A stretch of DNA of 42,897 nt. Source: a virus. Taxonomy: Duplodnaviria; Caudoviricetes. A program made the position numbers and the translations under genes. A model generated the notes under the pieces. That model made no database searches, was not told the DNA's origin, and saw only the letters and a list, made by a program, of their open reading frames with translations. This document shows, piece after piece, positions 26,611-36,331 of the stretch. The stretch covers positions 1 to 42,897 of the IMG/VR virus record IMGVR_UViG_3300036713_000542. One strand, written 5' to 3'. Positions within the stretch are counted from its first letter, which is position 1. Every line of letters begins with the position of its first letter.

Positions 26611-27417
26611 CTAAGCAAGGGTAACTGTGACCGTGGTCCTGGAGGAGTAGGAGTCTTGAGAGTCGGAGGGCCAGTCCTTGTCATAGGCACCGAACAGTGA
26701 GAAGCTCCACTGCCCGGACCCCAGAGTTTCCGTGGTCGTGGTGTCCGAAGCAGACAGAGGGATGTTGGTCCCCGCGCTCTCGTCCGCAGGAGGGGTGGCC
26801 CCAGACGCATACCGGAGCCAGGGCTTCACCCAGTCGTGTCTCTGCGCAGGATTGGTCCACGTCAAGGTCACCTGCCCCCCGCCTGCGTCGGAAGCGGAGA
26901 GTCTGCTGCAGGGCGGGTAGTAGGGGCTTTGAGTGATCAGCGCCTGAAACAGCACCTCCCGATAGGCTCCTCGGAGAGTAGGGGAGGGAGGATTCGCAGC
27001 GGTGCTCGCTACCTGCATCGAGAACTCGCTGTCCGTGCCCAGCTTTCGCAAGCTGTTCTCCACCAGCTCCGCGACGTGCAGAACCCCAGGCAGCTGAGTG
27101 GCGTCCCGATAGGCTACGTAGGGGTACTCCCCCTGCGGGTCGTTGTCGATATCTTCCACATGGTAGCAGTTGATACCTACCACCACCTGCTGCATGATGA
27201 TGTCCGGATTCTCCAGGTCTGCCGTATAGGGTCCCAGCCACGCTGCTCCGTGGATGTAGCTCTCGTTCCCCATGGCTTTGGGCTGCGCCAGCTGGAGAGC
27301 TCTCCTCCCGACCCAGAACTGGCTCCCGTCGTCCCCGAAGACGTAGGTTGCCGTCTCCGCGAACTGGAGAGCTCTCATCCTAGATCGAATCTCGAGCAAC
27401 AGCGTCCGAGGTCCCAC
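26611..27417 (-). CDS. Putative neck/tail-terminator protein with an FN3-like C-terminus
   Basis: GGAG RBS; VTLTWTNP...W.FSLF FN3-like pattern. Confidence 0.5.
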   Translation of the reverse strand: MGPRTLLLEIRSRMRALQFAETATYVFGDDGSQFWVGRRALQLAQPKAMGNESYIHGAAWLGPYTADLENPDIIMQQVVVGINCYHVEDIDNDPQGEYPYVAYRDATQLPGVLHVAELVENSLRKLGTDSEFSMQVASTAANPPSPTLRGAYREVLFQALITQSPYYPPCSRLSASDAGGGQVTLTWTNPAQRHDWVKPWLRYASGATPPADESAGTNIPLSASDTTTTETLGSGQWSFSLFGAYDKDWPSDSQDSYSSRTTVTVTLA

Positions 27418-27426
27418 GAGATCCTC

Positions 27427-27786
27427 CTACAGGAGCCGATACCAGATCGGCCCGGCTACCTGCACGCCAGCCGAGATGGCCAGCTGGAGAGCCTCGCCCT
27501 CTGCGGTGCGGATATTGGATCCAGAGTGGATGTCGAAATAGTAGTATCCTGCGGAGCCGAAAGGCTCGCTGGTGCCGCCCACAATCGCAGACGTCCCCGA
27601 ATACCACGTGATGGTGCAGGCCCCGGCAATCCTGAGCCTGGCTCGGACCAGCTGGATTTTCCGGCCCGTGACAGCAGCCAAGACCTCGTGAGTCGCAGCA
27701 GTGTTTTCGTCGAAGTCCACCGCACCCGTGGCCACAATCAGCGGTCCCGGAGGAAAATGCAGCAGATCCGGAGTGTGAGTAGCCAT
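27427..27786 (-). CDS. Hypothetical virion-associated protein
   Basis: Operon packing with GGAG RBS. Confidence 0.6.
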   Translation of the reverse strand: MATHTPDLLHFPPGPLIVATGAVDFDENTAATHEVLAAVTGRKIQLVRARLRIAGACTITWYSGTSAIVGGTSEPFGSAGYYYFDIHSGSNIRTAEGEALQLAISAGVQVAGPIWYRLL

Positions 27787-28415
27787 TATACGCTCCCTGT
27801 TATCGGTAGTGCTCTAGGCGATCTGCAGTCCCAGACCAGACAATCGGCTCTGTCTCCTGCTCCCACCCAAACCCCTCCCAGGAACTCTAGCTCATCTCTG
27901 CGCCAGAGCTTCCGGTGGGCCTCATGAGGATTCCCGAACAACTCTCCCTGGGGGACCCAGTACATTATGCCCTTCTTCACTCTCACCAAAGGAGTGGAGA
28001 CTATCACAGCTCGAGCCGCTACCCTCCTGGACTGCTCCAGAGCTGCCTCCCCTTCCTCTCCCGTAACATGCTCCAGAGAATCCCCGAAGATTACGAAATC
28101 AAAGGCATTATCCGCCACCGTGGGCAGATAGCTTCGGAAATCCCCCATATCTCCCAGGATCAGAGAATCATACAGATCGTGGCGCAAAGGGCCGAAGTTG
28201 TTTCTTTGATACTCCCTGAGATCCTCATCGAGCAGATACTTGGCGTATATTTCCAATCCAACTATGCGGGCCTGGGGGCAGTACTCCCGAATGACGTAGG
28301 CAGTCTCTCCCCCTCCCATACCTAAGTCCAGGCACCGAATCTTCTCAGTAGGAGACGCGTGCCTCTGGAGTGCCTCCTTGATGTACTTGTGGGCTGTCTT
28401 ATCCGAGGTTGGCAT
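27786..28415 (-). CDS. Class I SAM-dependent methyltransferase
   Basis: CLDLGMGGG, GLEIY and FDFVIFGDSLEH motifs. Confidence 0.88.
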   Translation of the reverse strand: MPTSDKTAHKYIKEALQRHASPTEKIRCLDLGMGGGETAYVIREYCPQARIVGLEIYAKYLLDEDLREYQRNNFGPLRHDLYDSLILGDMGDFRSYLPTVADNAFDFVIFGDSLEHVTGEEGEAALEQSRRVAARAVIVSTPLVRVKKGIMYWVPQGELFGNPHEAHRKLWRRDELEFLGGVWVGAGDRADCLVWDCRSPRALPITGSV

Positions 28416-29478
28416 GGACCGCCTCCCTCCCCAGAGCCGTATCGTAAATATCCTGCATCCTCCCTCCGAAAATTCGGAGAGAGAACCTCTCGAGGGGGAA
28501 TTCTGCCATGCTGGGCCTGGGAGTCTCCAGAGCCTCCTTGATAGCTTCGGCGAAGCTCTCCAGGTCCCGAGACCTGCCCGTGAACGGCGTGTACCTGCAC
28601 CCGTCCCCCGCCACCACAGGAGTCCCGCAGGCCATGGCCTCCATCAGGCAGCGAGTGGCTATCGCATGGGGAGTCACCAGGAGATCCATGGCACGGTAAC
28701 CCTCGCAGATAGACTCCTTCCGGGCGTGGATTTCCCCGAGGCACCCGGCCCGGTCTGCCCCGGCCAGGAGCTGCTGCCAACAGGAAGCCTTCAAAAGATC
28801 CTCTTCAGCACCCCAGATGTGGACTTTCAGCCCCGGAAGGGAGCGAGACGCCAAGATGCACGCATTGAAGACCTCGAAGATGTCCTCGTCCTCCCGCCAG
28901 GAGTCGCACAGGAGCACATTGAACTCCCCTCGCTTCTCTTTTGGGATCTCGTACACCTTCCCCGAGCTCCGGTAGCGGTCCTGATCCAGAGGAGGATCCT
29001 CCGTGCAGAAGAGTTTTTCCTCCGGCACGACATTTGCCCAGTAGGGGAGATGCTCCCTCCAGAAGGTCACCAGACCCTTCACCCTGGGCCAGCTGGCCAG
29101 CTCTGGGATCAGGGAATACCCGTTCCGGGAAGGGCTCCTCTGCTCCGGACGGAAGCACGCGGAAGGCCTGCCATGCACCATCCACAGCAGCGGAGCCTGG
29201 CACTTGGCCAAATAGGAGTCGGAGACCCCGTCGTGGCAGATCCACAGATCCGCGTCCAGAGCCTCCCTCCAATCGGACGTGACCAGAGGCCATCCCCCCC
29301 TCGGATCCAAAGCCCCTACTCGAGGCTCCTCCCTCTCCCCTCCATCTCTCGCCACCAACCCGGTGTCACAAAATAGTACCTCGTGCCCCAAGAGAGTATC
29401 CGAGCGGACACAGTCTCGAGCAGCCTCGTAGAGCCCGCAACGAAAAGGGGAAAAAGGTGCCCAGTGTACGATCTTCAT
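28399..29478 (-). CDS. GT-B glycosyltransferase (GT4-like)
   Basis: MKIVH...LGHEV N-terminus; DLLVTP...LMEAMACGTPVV signature. Confidence 0.9.
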   Translation of the reverse strand: MKIVHWAPFSPFRCGLYEAARDCVRSDTLLGHEVLFCDTGLVARDGGEREEPRVGALDPRGGWPLVTSDWREALDADLWICHDGVSDSYLAKCQAPLLWMVHGRPSACFRPEQRSPSRNGYSLIPELASWPRVKGLVTFWREHLPYWANVVPEEKLFCTEDPPLDQDRYRSSGKVYEIPKEKRGEFNVLLCDSWREDEDIFEVFNACILASRSLPGLKVHIWGAEEDLLKASCWQQLLAGADRAGCLGEIHARKESICEGYRAMDLLVTPHAIATRCLMEAMACGTPVVAGDGCRYTPFTGRSRDLESFAEAIKEALETPRPSMAEFPLERFSLRIFGGRMQDIYDTALGREAVHANLG

Positions 29479-29517
29479 GGTTTCCAGTCCTTTTAGATCT
29501 TCAAAAACTCACACGCA

Positions 29518-29582
29518 CAGAGAGAGGAGGATTCGAACCTCCCGCAGGAAAATGCTCGGCCCCTGCGCTACCTTGTCCCTCT
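29518..29582 (-). ncRNA. Minimal tRNA-like element lacking a D-stem
   Basis: Minus strand reads AGAGGGA-CAAGGTAG-CGCAGG..CCTGCG-GGAGG-TTCGAAT-CCTCC-TCTCTCT-G: 7-bp acceptor and perfect T-arm, intergenic. Confidence 0.7.
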
Positions 29583-29606
29583 ACCTTCCCCAGGCGACTG
29601 GAGAAC

Positions 29607-31469
29607 CTAGGAAATACTCGCTCCGGCAGTCAGAGCCCTACCCACAATGGAATACGCCACCGACCCGCCGCTGGAGCCCGCTGCGTCGTCTCCCTGGAGG
29701 TAGATCTTCTCTCCGTTCATCAGCACGAACCGCTCCATGGCGGTGCCTGCCGCCTTGGTAGCTTGGTTGTTCTTGTTCGCGGCAAGGCTGGCGAGGTTGT
29801 CCACAGCCACAGGACCGTTCACTCCAGTCAGCCCGTAGGCAGCGTCCGTGGTCAATTCCCAATTGGTAGGACCCGCCAAGTTGGTCCCGTCCTTCGCGAG
29901 AATGATTTCCTCGATCAGAACGGTTCCGGAAGCCGTGCAGATGGTATTCCCTGCCCCCTGGGTGTTGTTGTCGATTGCGTTGTCCGCAATCAGCCCCGTG
30001 AGACCTACCGCGATGGGAGATCCGACCCCCACAGCCAAGGTCCCGACAGAGACCACCGCAGAGAGGCTGGAGCTGTTGGCCGTCGAGCCTGCAGTCCCGT
30101 AGCTGACCACCGCAGAGAGGCTGGAGCTGTTGGCGGTCGAGCCCGCAACACCGTAGCTGACCACCGCAGAGAGGCTGGAGCTGTTGGCCGTCGAGCCCGC
30201 AACCCCGTAGCTGACCACTGCAGAGAGGCTGGAGCTGTTGGCCGTCGAGCCTGCAGTCCCATAGCTCTGCGTGGCACTCAGCCCCGAGGAGCAGATAGTG
30301 CCGGTGGAGACCACCGCAGAAAGGCTGGAGCTGTTGGCCGTCGAACCTGCCACCCCGTAAGAGACGGTGGCCGACAGGCCCGAACTCAGAGACGCAGTGT
30401 ACGCCGACCCCACCGACACCACAGCAGACAGCGAGGAGCTGTTGGCCGTCGAGCCTGCGGTCCCGTAGCTCTGCGTGGCAGAGATGGCGCTGGAGACCAG
30501 GGTCCCTACGCTGGTAACCGCCGCAGACGTGTCAGAACCCGTCCCGGTGGCGTTCGACGCGAAGTCCCCAGCCGCTCCGGCATTCACCTTGCCGAGGGTC
30601 TCGAAAGCCTGCCCTCGGGCTTCGTAGGCACGGCAATTGGTGACCAGGAACTGGTCCACCGCAGCGGGGAACTCGAAAGTCCCCTGGGTAGCGTCGGTGT
30701 TGTCCGAGCCGTCCCAGGCCGCCGTGGCAGCCGATCCGTCCCCGTCTGCCTCCACTATGGTCAAGCCCTCGACCACCAGTCCGACCACTGCCCCCGTTCC
30801 CGCCAAGGCGGCTCCGACAGCGAAAGCATTGGCTTGACCCACGTAGGCCAACCCGCCTATCACCTTCGGTCGGGTGCAGGTCGTGCCGGTCGCACAGACC
30901 AGCTTGACTCCGTAGAGACAATCCAGAAACTCGCAACCCTCCACCAGCAGATCGGAGGAGTTGTTTACGGTCTCCACGCCGAAGCCGGTGAAGTTCGTTA
31001 CGATCGCCGAATCGTCGAACCGGCAGCGCCGGATAGTCGCTCCCGACACTCCAGCGGCCACCTGGATACCGGCAGCGGAGCTCGTGGCTCCCGTGTGTGC
31101 GAAGAGCACACCTTCCACAGTGCAGTCGTCAGCGGAAAGGGTCAGGAGGTCCAGCGTCCCCGCTCCCGTCAAGGTGAAGCCCTGAGAGGGGTCAGAGACC
31201 GGACACAGGATCTTGATTCCAGCGGACGCTACCGACAGCCCGGCAGTGATCGTCTCCGACCCTCCAGGGTTCAAGAGGATCAAATCCCCCGCTCCGGCCA
31301 GAGCCAGAGCCCGCGTCAGCGTCAGTACAGCATGCTCCGGGGACTCGCCCCGTCGCCCGTCGATCCCGCTCGAGGAATCCACGTAGATGATGTTCCCGGT
31401 CGCCGGGGCGAGAGCCGCAGCCCCCATCCCCGACTGCCGAATCTTCTCACCAGCACTTCTAAAAGACAT
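29607..31469 (-). CDS. Beta-helix-like head-associated fibre/decoration protein with 18-aa tandem repeats
   Basis: AAGGAGG before ATG 31469. IIYVDS..G.DG..G.SP..A..TL..AL.....GD.I.L.PG pectate-lyase-like start; six YG(T/V)AGSTANSSSLSAVVS units. Confidence 0.75.
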   Translation of the reverse strand: MSFRSAGEKIRQSGMGAAALAPATGNIIYVDSSSGIDGRRGESPEHAVLTLTRALALAGAGDLILLNPGGSETITAGLSVASAGIKILCPVSDPSQGFTLTGAGTLDLLTLSADDCTVEGVLFAHTGATSSAAGIQVAAGVSGATIRRCRFDDSAIVTNFTGFGVETVNNSSDLLVEGCEFLDCLYGVKLVCATGTTCTRPKVIGGLAYVGQANAFAVGAALAGTGAVVGLVVEGLTIVEADGDGSAATAAWDGSDNTDATQGTFEFPAAVDQFLVTNCRAYEARGQAFETLGKVNAGAAGDFASNATGTGSDTSAAVTSVGTLVSSAISATQSYGTAGSTANSSSLSAVVSVGSAYTASLSSGLSATVSYGVAGSTANSSSLSAVVSTGTICSSGLSATQSYGTAGSTANSSSLSAVVSYGVAGSTANSSSLSAVVSYGVAGSTANSSSLSAVVSYGTAGSTANSSSLSAVVSVGTLAVGVGSPIAVGLTGLIADNAIDNNTQGAGNTICTASGTVLIEEIILAKDGTNLAGPTNWELTTDAAYGLTGVNGPVAVDNLASLAANKNNQATKAAGTAMERFVLMNGEKIYLQGDDAAGSSGGSVAYSIVGRALTAGASIS

Positions 31470-31498
31470 TACATATCCTCCTTTGTCTCTACTCAGGC

Positions 31499-32722
31499 CT
31501 AGGCACTGGGAGGAGTGGTGGAAGATAGGTTTTGAATAACAAATGTATAGTCGGTGGCCCCGATTTCGAAGTCCCAACTGAGCCTGAAGAGCGCCGCAAT
31601 ACGGCTTTTTACCCAGCTCTCCGGAGGATCCATGAGGGAGGCGTTCTCGAAATCGAGCTTCACCTTCATGGTGAACTGCCGCTGGAAGTCCCCATAGTAC
31701 CACGCGGAGGTGCTCAGGTCGTCCAGGTACGGAGTGGTGATCACCTTCGGCTGCCAGCCCCTGGTGCCCCAGGGGTTCAGCTCGTTGAAGACGCCCGGCA
31801 CGAACTCGGAGCCCAGGATCCTCTTCGCGGTGCTCAGCAGCGCGTCGGGGACCAGGATAGACACCCGCTCCATGGGAATGTAGATCCGCTCCCCATGGTA
31901 GTTCCGGTTGGAGTTGAGCCGCTCGCGGCAGTTGTCCAACGAGGTCGTGTCCACCAGGGCGTTGTTCGTGTACCGGTTGCCCGAGGTGTTGAGACGGGTC
32001 AACGGATCGTTGTCGGTCTGATAGAGACTGACCCCGGTCCCGTTCAAGGTCAGGGCGTAGGGAGGCGTGGGGCTGGAGCCCGAGCCATCGATGTCACAGA
32101 CGCGCCGGAGAACCTGGTTCTCCCGCTTCTCGGCAGCCAGCTCCCCCAAGCCCATCGAAAGACGCTCCAGGGTCGGAACGTCGTTCTCCTCGATCATTTC
32201 GCGGGTGACCTTGAACATGCGGCCATTCCGCTTGTGTCCGATGGTGTACCGCTCCTCGATCGCGCCGATTTCCGGGAATTCCTTCCCTTCTCGAACCACG
32301 TCAGGGTCGTCCTTGTCCAGAACGCCCACACCCACAACGTGCGTGAACTTCTTGTTGTCGTCCAGCCGCCTGGTGAGCTGGTCCGCAACTGCCGGAACGG
32401 CCTGATAGGCGTCGTTGATTCCAGCGATCGTCAGCTCTCCGGCCAACGCCGGAAACAGATCCGTGTCAATCGCACGAGTGGTCGACGCGATACCCGGAAC
32501 CCTAACCGTGGTCTGGATTCCGTCCAGGGCTCGGTAGAAGTCCCGCAAGGTGTTGTGGAAGGTGCCCCAGCGGAGCTTTCCTTCCTCTACCGACCGGACG
32601 AACTTCTCACAGAAAGCAGGAGCGTCAGCGAGAGCTGCCGTCCGCATATCGTAGATACCCAGTCCCTGGGTGCCTCGAAACTGCAACCCGCTCTTGAAAG
32701 GGGTTTTCTTCTCATTACTCAC
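31499..32722 (-). CDS. Major capsid protein (HK97 fold, Mu gpT-like)
   Basis: 407 aa, downstream of protease and decoration genes. V.EG.EFPE, G....VTREMIEEND, ILVP..L and S.SAWY motifs; strong RBS. Confidence 0.85.
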   Translation of the reverse strand: MSNEKKTPFKSGLQFRGTQGLGIYDMRTAALADAPAFCEKFVRSVEEGKLRWGTFHNTLRDFYRALDGIQTTVRVPGIASTTRAIDTDLFPALAGELTIAGINDAYQAVPAVADQLTRRLDDNKKFTHVVGVGVLDKDDPDVVREGKEFPEIGAIEERYTIGHKRNGRMFKVTREMIEENDVPTLERLSMGLGELAAEKRENQVLRRVCDIDGSGSSPTPPYALTLNGTGVSLYQTDNDPLTRLNTSGNRYTNNALVDTTSLDNCRERLNSNRNYHGERIYIPMERVSILVPDALLSTAKRILGSEFVPGVFNELNPWGTRGWQPKVITTPYLDDLSTSAWYYGDFQRQFTMKVKLDFENASLMDPPESWVKSRIAALFRLSWDFEIGATDYTFVIQNLSSTTPPSA

Positions 32723-32738
32723 GATATCACCTCCTTTC

Positions 32739-33263
32739 TTACGCGGTGAACAGCAGAGAGTAGTACGAATTCGACGCCTGAAAGCTCATGATCACATCGC
32801 TCTGGTAGCGGAGAGTCGTCCCGGCATCCGGGGATCCGTCCACCGACAAGTGGCCTTGCTCCGGATAGTGGGCATCTCCCGCCACGTTTCCGATGACGTT
32901 GGTGCCTGCGGTGTCCGTGACCTGCTCTCCCACAGTCCCGTAGGGGTAGAGAGCGGTCCCCAGCGCGAGGTCGTCCGACGCGTCCAGCTGGAACCTCCAG
33001 AGGTCACCCGGACGGGGCACGAGGATCGGATAGTATCCGGCCCGGTCGCCGTCCTCGATCTTCGTGGCGGCGATAGCCCCCACTCCAGCGGAAAGGTCCC
33101 GGTCGCCCGCGAGGGGGATCCAGTTGCCGCCCGACAGCTCGATTATTTGACCGTCCTTGATTGCCTGGGTGCCTCCGGCCTGGAAGTGCCCCAGGACCTT
33201 GAGGGGCTCCACAGAGCCGGAGATGACGTTGCGGACGAATCTCCAATGAGAACTTGCAGCCAT
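32739..33263 (-). CDS. Putative head decoration/cement protein
   Basis: Between protease and capsid; AIKDGQII.L.GG pattern. Confidence 0.6.
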   Translation of the reverse strand: MAASSHWRFVRNVISGSVEPLKVLGHFQAGGTQAIKDGQIIELSGGNWIPLAGDRDLSAGVGAIAATKIEDGDRAGYYPILVPRPGDLWRFQLDASDDLALGTALYPYGTVGEQVTDTAGTNVIGNVAGDAHYPEQGHLSVDGSPDAGTTLRYQSDVIMSFQASNSYYSLLFTA

Positions 33264-33300
33264 TTCAAAGCCCTCCAGCTAAATGGCGGTGATCCGGCAC

Positions 33301-34317
33301 TTAGCCGGGGAAACCCCCCAGACGGCTAAACGCCTGGGAGAACTCGTCGCTCGAAAGCTGATCCAGCTTCCTCGCGGCAGGGGTTTTGGTTTCGGAAATG
33401 CTGGGCTCCCGGCTTCCTACCGAGGCGCACCGCTCCCGCAGAGCCGCCTTGAAGGCTTTGCGAGCACGGGCCACCGAAGCTCGATCGAGGACCAGCCGGT
33501 CGGCAAGGGCTCGCATGCCCTTCGGAGCTATCCCCCGAATCTCGGAGTCCACAGCTGCTCGAGAATATCCTCGAGAGCCCTTCTCCGCGTCAGATGGGGC
33601 GTCTTCCTCTTCGTCGTCCTTGGGTGCGTCTTCCTCCCCCTCTGCCCTGTAGTCGGGGTCCTTCTCCTGTTCCAGACGCTTCCGCTCCTCTTCCTCTTCC
33701 TCGGCCCGCTTCCGCTCTTCTTCCTCGTCCTCGTCCTCGGCCCGCTCTTCCTTCTCTTCCTCATCCATTCGCTTCTCTTCGTCGCAAGGCATTGCCCGCT
33801 CCTCCCAATCAAAACCTCGAGCTAGCGCAAATTGGTCCGCAGGTACGCCCACGACGGACACCTCTAGCAGTTGCCACTCGGTCACGACCCGAGCCGGGCC
33901 GTCTACGGCCAGGCCCCCGAACATCTCCCGCTTCCCAGCGGGGACGAAAACCACAGAGCTGTCGTCCACAGGGATCCACCCCACGGACACCGCTCGGAGA
34001 AATCCTCGGTCCACCTTCCCGGCCACTCGAGCGGACCTTTCGTCTGCCTCGTCGAACTCGACCTCCAGAAGGAGCTGATCTCCTGCCACGGAAGGAGTCC
34101 CTCGCCCTACCACGGTCTCCGCGACAGACCCTCCGTAGGAGTGGTTGTCTAGGATTACGGGATTCCTGAGATACCGGGATAGATCCGCTCCGGACATCAA
34201 GAGGATTTCCGGACCTTCCGCAGTCTCCACAGGAGCCTGGGTAGCAGCCACGAAACCGAAAGTCCCGGACTCCGACCGTCCCCTGTACCTGCACCCCTGA
34301 TACACCCGGCGTTTCAT
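33301..34317 (-). CDS. HK97-type prohead protease with acidic scaffold-like C-terminus
   Basis: YLRNPVILDNH, GFLRAVSVG and LLEVSVVGVPAD motifs. Confidence 0.9.
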   Translation of the reverse strand: MKRRVYQGCRYRGRSESGTFGFVAATQAPVETAEGPEILLMSGADLSRYLRNPVILDNHSYGGSVAETVVGRGTPSVAGDQLLLEVEFDEADERSARVAGKVDRGFLRAVSVGWIPVDDSSVVFVPAGKREMFGGLAVDGPARVVTEWQLLEVSVVGVPADQFALARGFDWEERAMPCDEEKRMDEEEKEERAEDEDEEEERKRAEEEEEERKRLEQEKDPDYRAEGEEDAPKDDEEEDAPSDAEKGSRGYSRAAVDSEIRGIAPKGMRALADRLVLDRASVARARKAFKAALRERCASVGSREPSISETKTPAARKLDQLSSDEFSQAFSRLGGFPG

Positions 34318-35957
34318 GCCGCGCTCCTCCCTGGAAATCTCCGCACGTCACTCCGGTCGATGTCCACGTCCTCGAGAGGCCTGCCCGAAGGCGACAGGGC
34401 AACGTCGGGCATGGGCGGCAAGCCCAGCTCGATCCGGCTATCCCTCTGGAACTTCTCCTCCAGAGACTTCTGGTAGATCAGGTCTTCCCAGTCCTTGCCC
34501 TCGCCAGCCGCCTCATCTCGGATAGTCGTCAGACCCGAGAGAAGCTTCAGCTCGGCAGCCCTGGCCTCCCGCTGGGGATCCACCCACGGCCACCCAGGAG
34601 GCTGCCACCGCACGGAGGCGAGATCCTCGTCCGAGCAGTCCCGGAGCTCCGGAAGCCCGTCTATATCCCTCGCGTGCATCAGAACCTGGAAACGCTCCCA
34701 GCCCAGGCAGTAGTCGATGAACCACCTCTGCCAGCTGCGATAGGTGAGCCGGTCCCCCAGGAGGTCTGTTCGGGCGCTGGAGTAGTTGGAGGCAGAGTAG
34801 TCTCTTAGGATCGTCTGCCAGGAAAGGCCCAGCCCCGACCCTATTCGACGAGCCAAAGCAATGATAAAGTCGAGCAAGGGTGTCGTGGGGAAGTTGGGAT
34901 TTAGGGTGGTGATAGTCTCTCCAGGGTACAGCTTCCACATCGCACCCGGCTCGAGCTGTTGGTTCATCTTGTAGCCGTACTTTTCGGCGGTGATATCCAC
35001 AAACTGGTCCAGGGGGAGGTCGGACGTGATAAACGCCGACAAGCACGCCGCCACCTGCGTCCGCTTCAGGGACGCGATAATCAACAGATCGAGGTCCCTA
35101 AGATCTTGCATCACGGAATGGAACCAAGGAACTCCCCTGGTCTGTCCTGGCCTTTGGATCCGTCGAAGGTGGCGAACATCCTCCGGATCCATGCTAAGGA
35201 AATCCGCTATGGAGCCGCCTGCGAACGAGCTGTAGGTGGCCACCGCTGCACCCACCCCGCCGAAAATCCCTCCCAGGATCTCCCCTGGGTGGTGCTTCAG
35301 AAACCAGTACTTCTCCCGGATCCCCTCTGGAGTCCTCTGCACACCATCACGGATCTCGTGACCTTCAGGGAGGTACGTAGACCCCGACAGGCCTCCTGGA
35401 TGGCGGCACCGGTCCGCTTCGATGATCTGAAACCGCAACCCATCAAGCCCTTTAGGGAAGAACTTCGCCACGAAGACATCCCCATCCTCGAGGGTCTTCC
35501 TGAACTTCAACCGCTGCGCCTCGGAGTAGGTGATCTCCTCCTGCGGGTGCAGCGTGTCCTTGATCCGGTCCCAGACCGCTTCAATCCGGTTGTCTTTCTT
35601 TTTGCTGCCGGTGCGAGCCTGGGCGAGGATGCCCGGCCCGATGCACTGGTCCACCATAGTCCCTATCACGCCGGAGGCGATGGGGTCGTCGCGGCAGAGT
35701 TCCCTGGACCTCTCTCGGATCCGAGGCAGCTCGAAGAGGATATGGCCGTCCGCAGACCTGCCCCAGTTTCCCGACACCCACGGAGAGCGGGTATCGTCCG
35801 TCCCTGCGGCACGGTAGCCCCTCGAGCGGACCGCAGCGAGGACGGACTCCCGGTAGTCCGGGTCTGACTCCATCTGCCTCCAGTGCCTGCGGAGTGCCGC
35901 CCTGCGGGGAGAAAAAACTCCCACAAGGCGGTCCACTGTACGAACAGCCCACCCCAT
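34314..35957 (-). CDS. Lambda-family portal protein
   Basis: RERSRELCRDDP, DGDVF, RPGQTRGVP, NYSSAR and WVDPQRE motifs. Confidence 0.93.
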   Translation of the reverse strand: MGWAVRTVDRLVGVFSPRRAALRRHWRQMESDPDYRESVLAAVRSRGYRAAGTDDTRSPWVSGNWGRSADGHILFELPRIRERSRELCRDDPIASGVIGTMVDQCIGPGILAQARTGSKKKDNRIEAVWDRIKDTLHPQEEITYSEAQRLKFRKTLEDGDVFVAKFFPKGLDGLRFQIIEADRCRHPGGLSGSTYLPEGHEIRDGVQRTPEGIREKYWFLKHHPGEILGGIFGGVGAAVATYSSFAGGSIADFLSMDPEDVRHLRRIQRPGQTRGVPWFHSVMQDLRDLDLLIIASLKRTQVAACLSAFITSDLPLDQFVDITAEKYGYKMNQQLEPGAMWKLYPGETITTLNPNFPTTPLLDFIIALARRIGSGLGLSWQTILRDYSASNYSSARTDLLGDRLTYRSWQRWFIDYCLGWERFQVLMHARDIDGLPELRDCSDEDLASVRWQPPGWPWVDPQREARAAELKLLSGLTTIRDEAAGEGKDWEDLIYQKSLEEKFQRDSRIELGLPPMPDVALSPSGRPLEDVDIDRSDVRRFPGRSAA

Positions 35958-36259
35958 CAGTACCTGCCCCCGTAATATCGGTAAGCCTGGCCGAAGCGGG
36001 TCTTCATGGTGCGGTTTCTGTCCGAGTGCTTCTGGGCGGAAACCGCCGAATCTATGCGGTCCCCCAAAGCCTTCAGGTCTGCCCGGTACACCGTAACATT
36101 CCCTGCAGCTCCGGTAGTGGAGCGAGGGAAAGAAGACAGCACGGCTTCAGCTGCCGCCAGCTTGGTATATGCAGTCGACCAATCCTTCGCAGCTATGGCG
36201 TCTGCGCACTCTGCAAGGAGTAGTTTGTATGCTGTTTCTGTGGTTTCTTGGTCTGCCAT
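35957..36259 (-). CDS. Putative head completion protein (gpW position)
   Basis: Small ORF immediately before the portal; G.VTVYRADLKAL resembles gpW. Confidence 0.55.
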   Translation of the reverse strand: MADQETTETAYKLLLAECADAIAAKDWSTAYTKLAAAEAVLSSFPRSTTGAAGNVTVYRADLKALGDRIDSAVSAQKHSDRNRTMKTRFGQAYRYYGGRY

Positions 36260-36268
36260 GACAGGAAT

Positions 36269-36298
36269 ATCATGGCACAGAGGGGAGGGAAGTGTCAA
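36269..36298 (-). promoter_or_regulatory. Putative sigma70 promoter for head genes
   Basis: TTGACA-N18-CATGAT with extended -10 TG. Ends 9 nt before ATG 36259, which has no clear RBS. Confidence 0.55.
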
Positions 36299-36331
36299 AG
36301 AGGGCTTACATACTTTTTAGATCTGTAAAAA

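Noticed and set aside
30048-30467. Ice-nucleation protein
   Set aside because: Similar composition, but the period is 18 rather than 8/16, there is no AGYGSTxTA consensus, and there are few copies.
29457-31502. 681-aa plus-strand ORF (likewise 2601-3488, 17803-19590 and 37387-38703)
   Set aside because: Antisense shadows of well-supported genes in GC-rich DNA, with no motifs.
31470-31703. Longest-ORF starts from the track (e.g. 31703, 39896, 25573, 42519, 41242, 1211, 708)
   Set aside because: These extensions overlap upstream genes or lack an RBS; downstream starts with an RBS or stop-start coupling were used instead.
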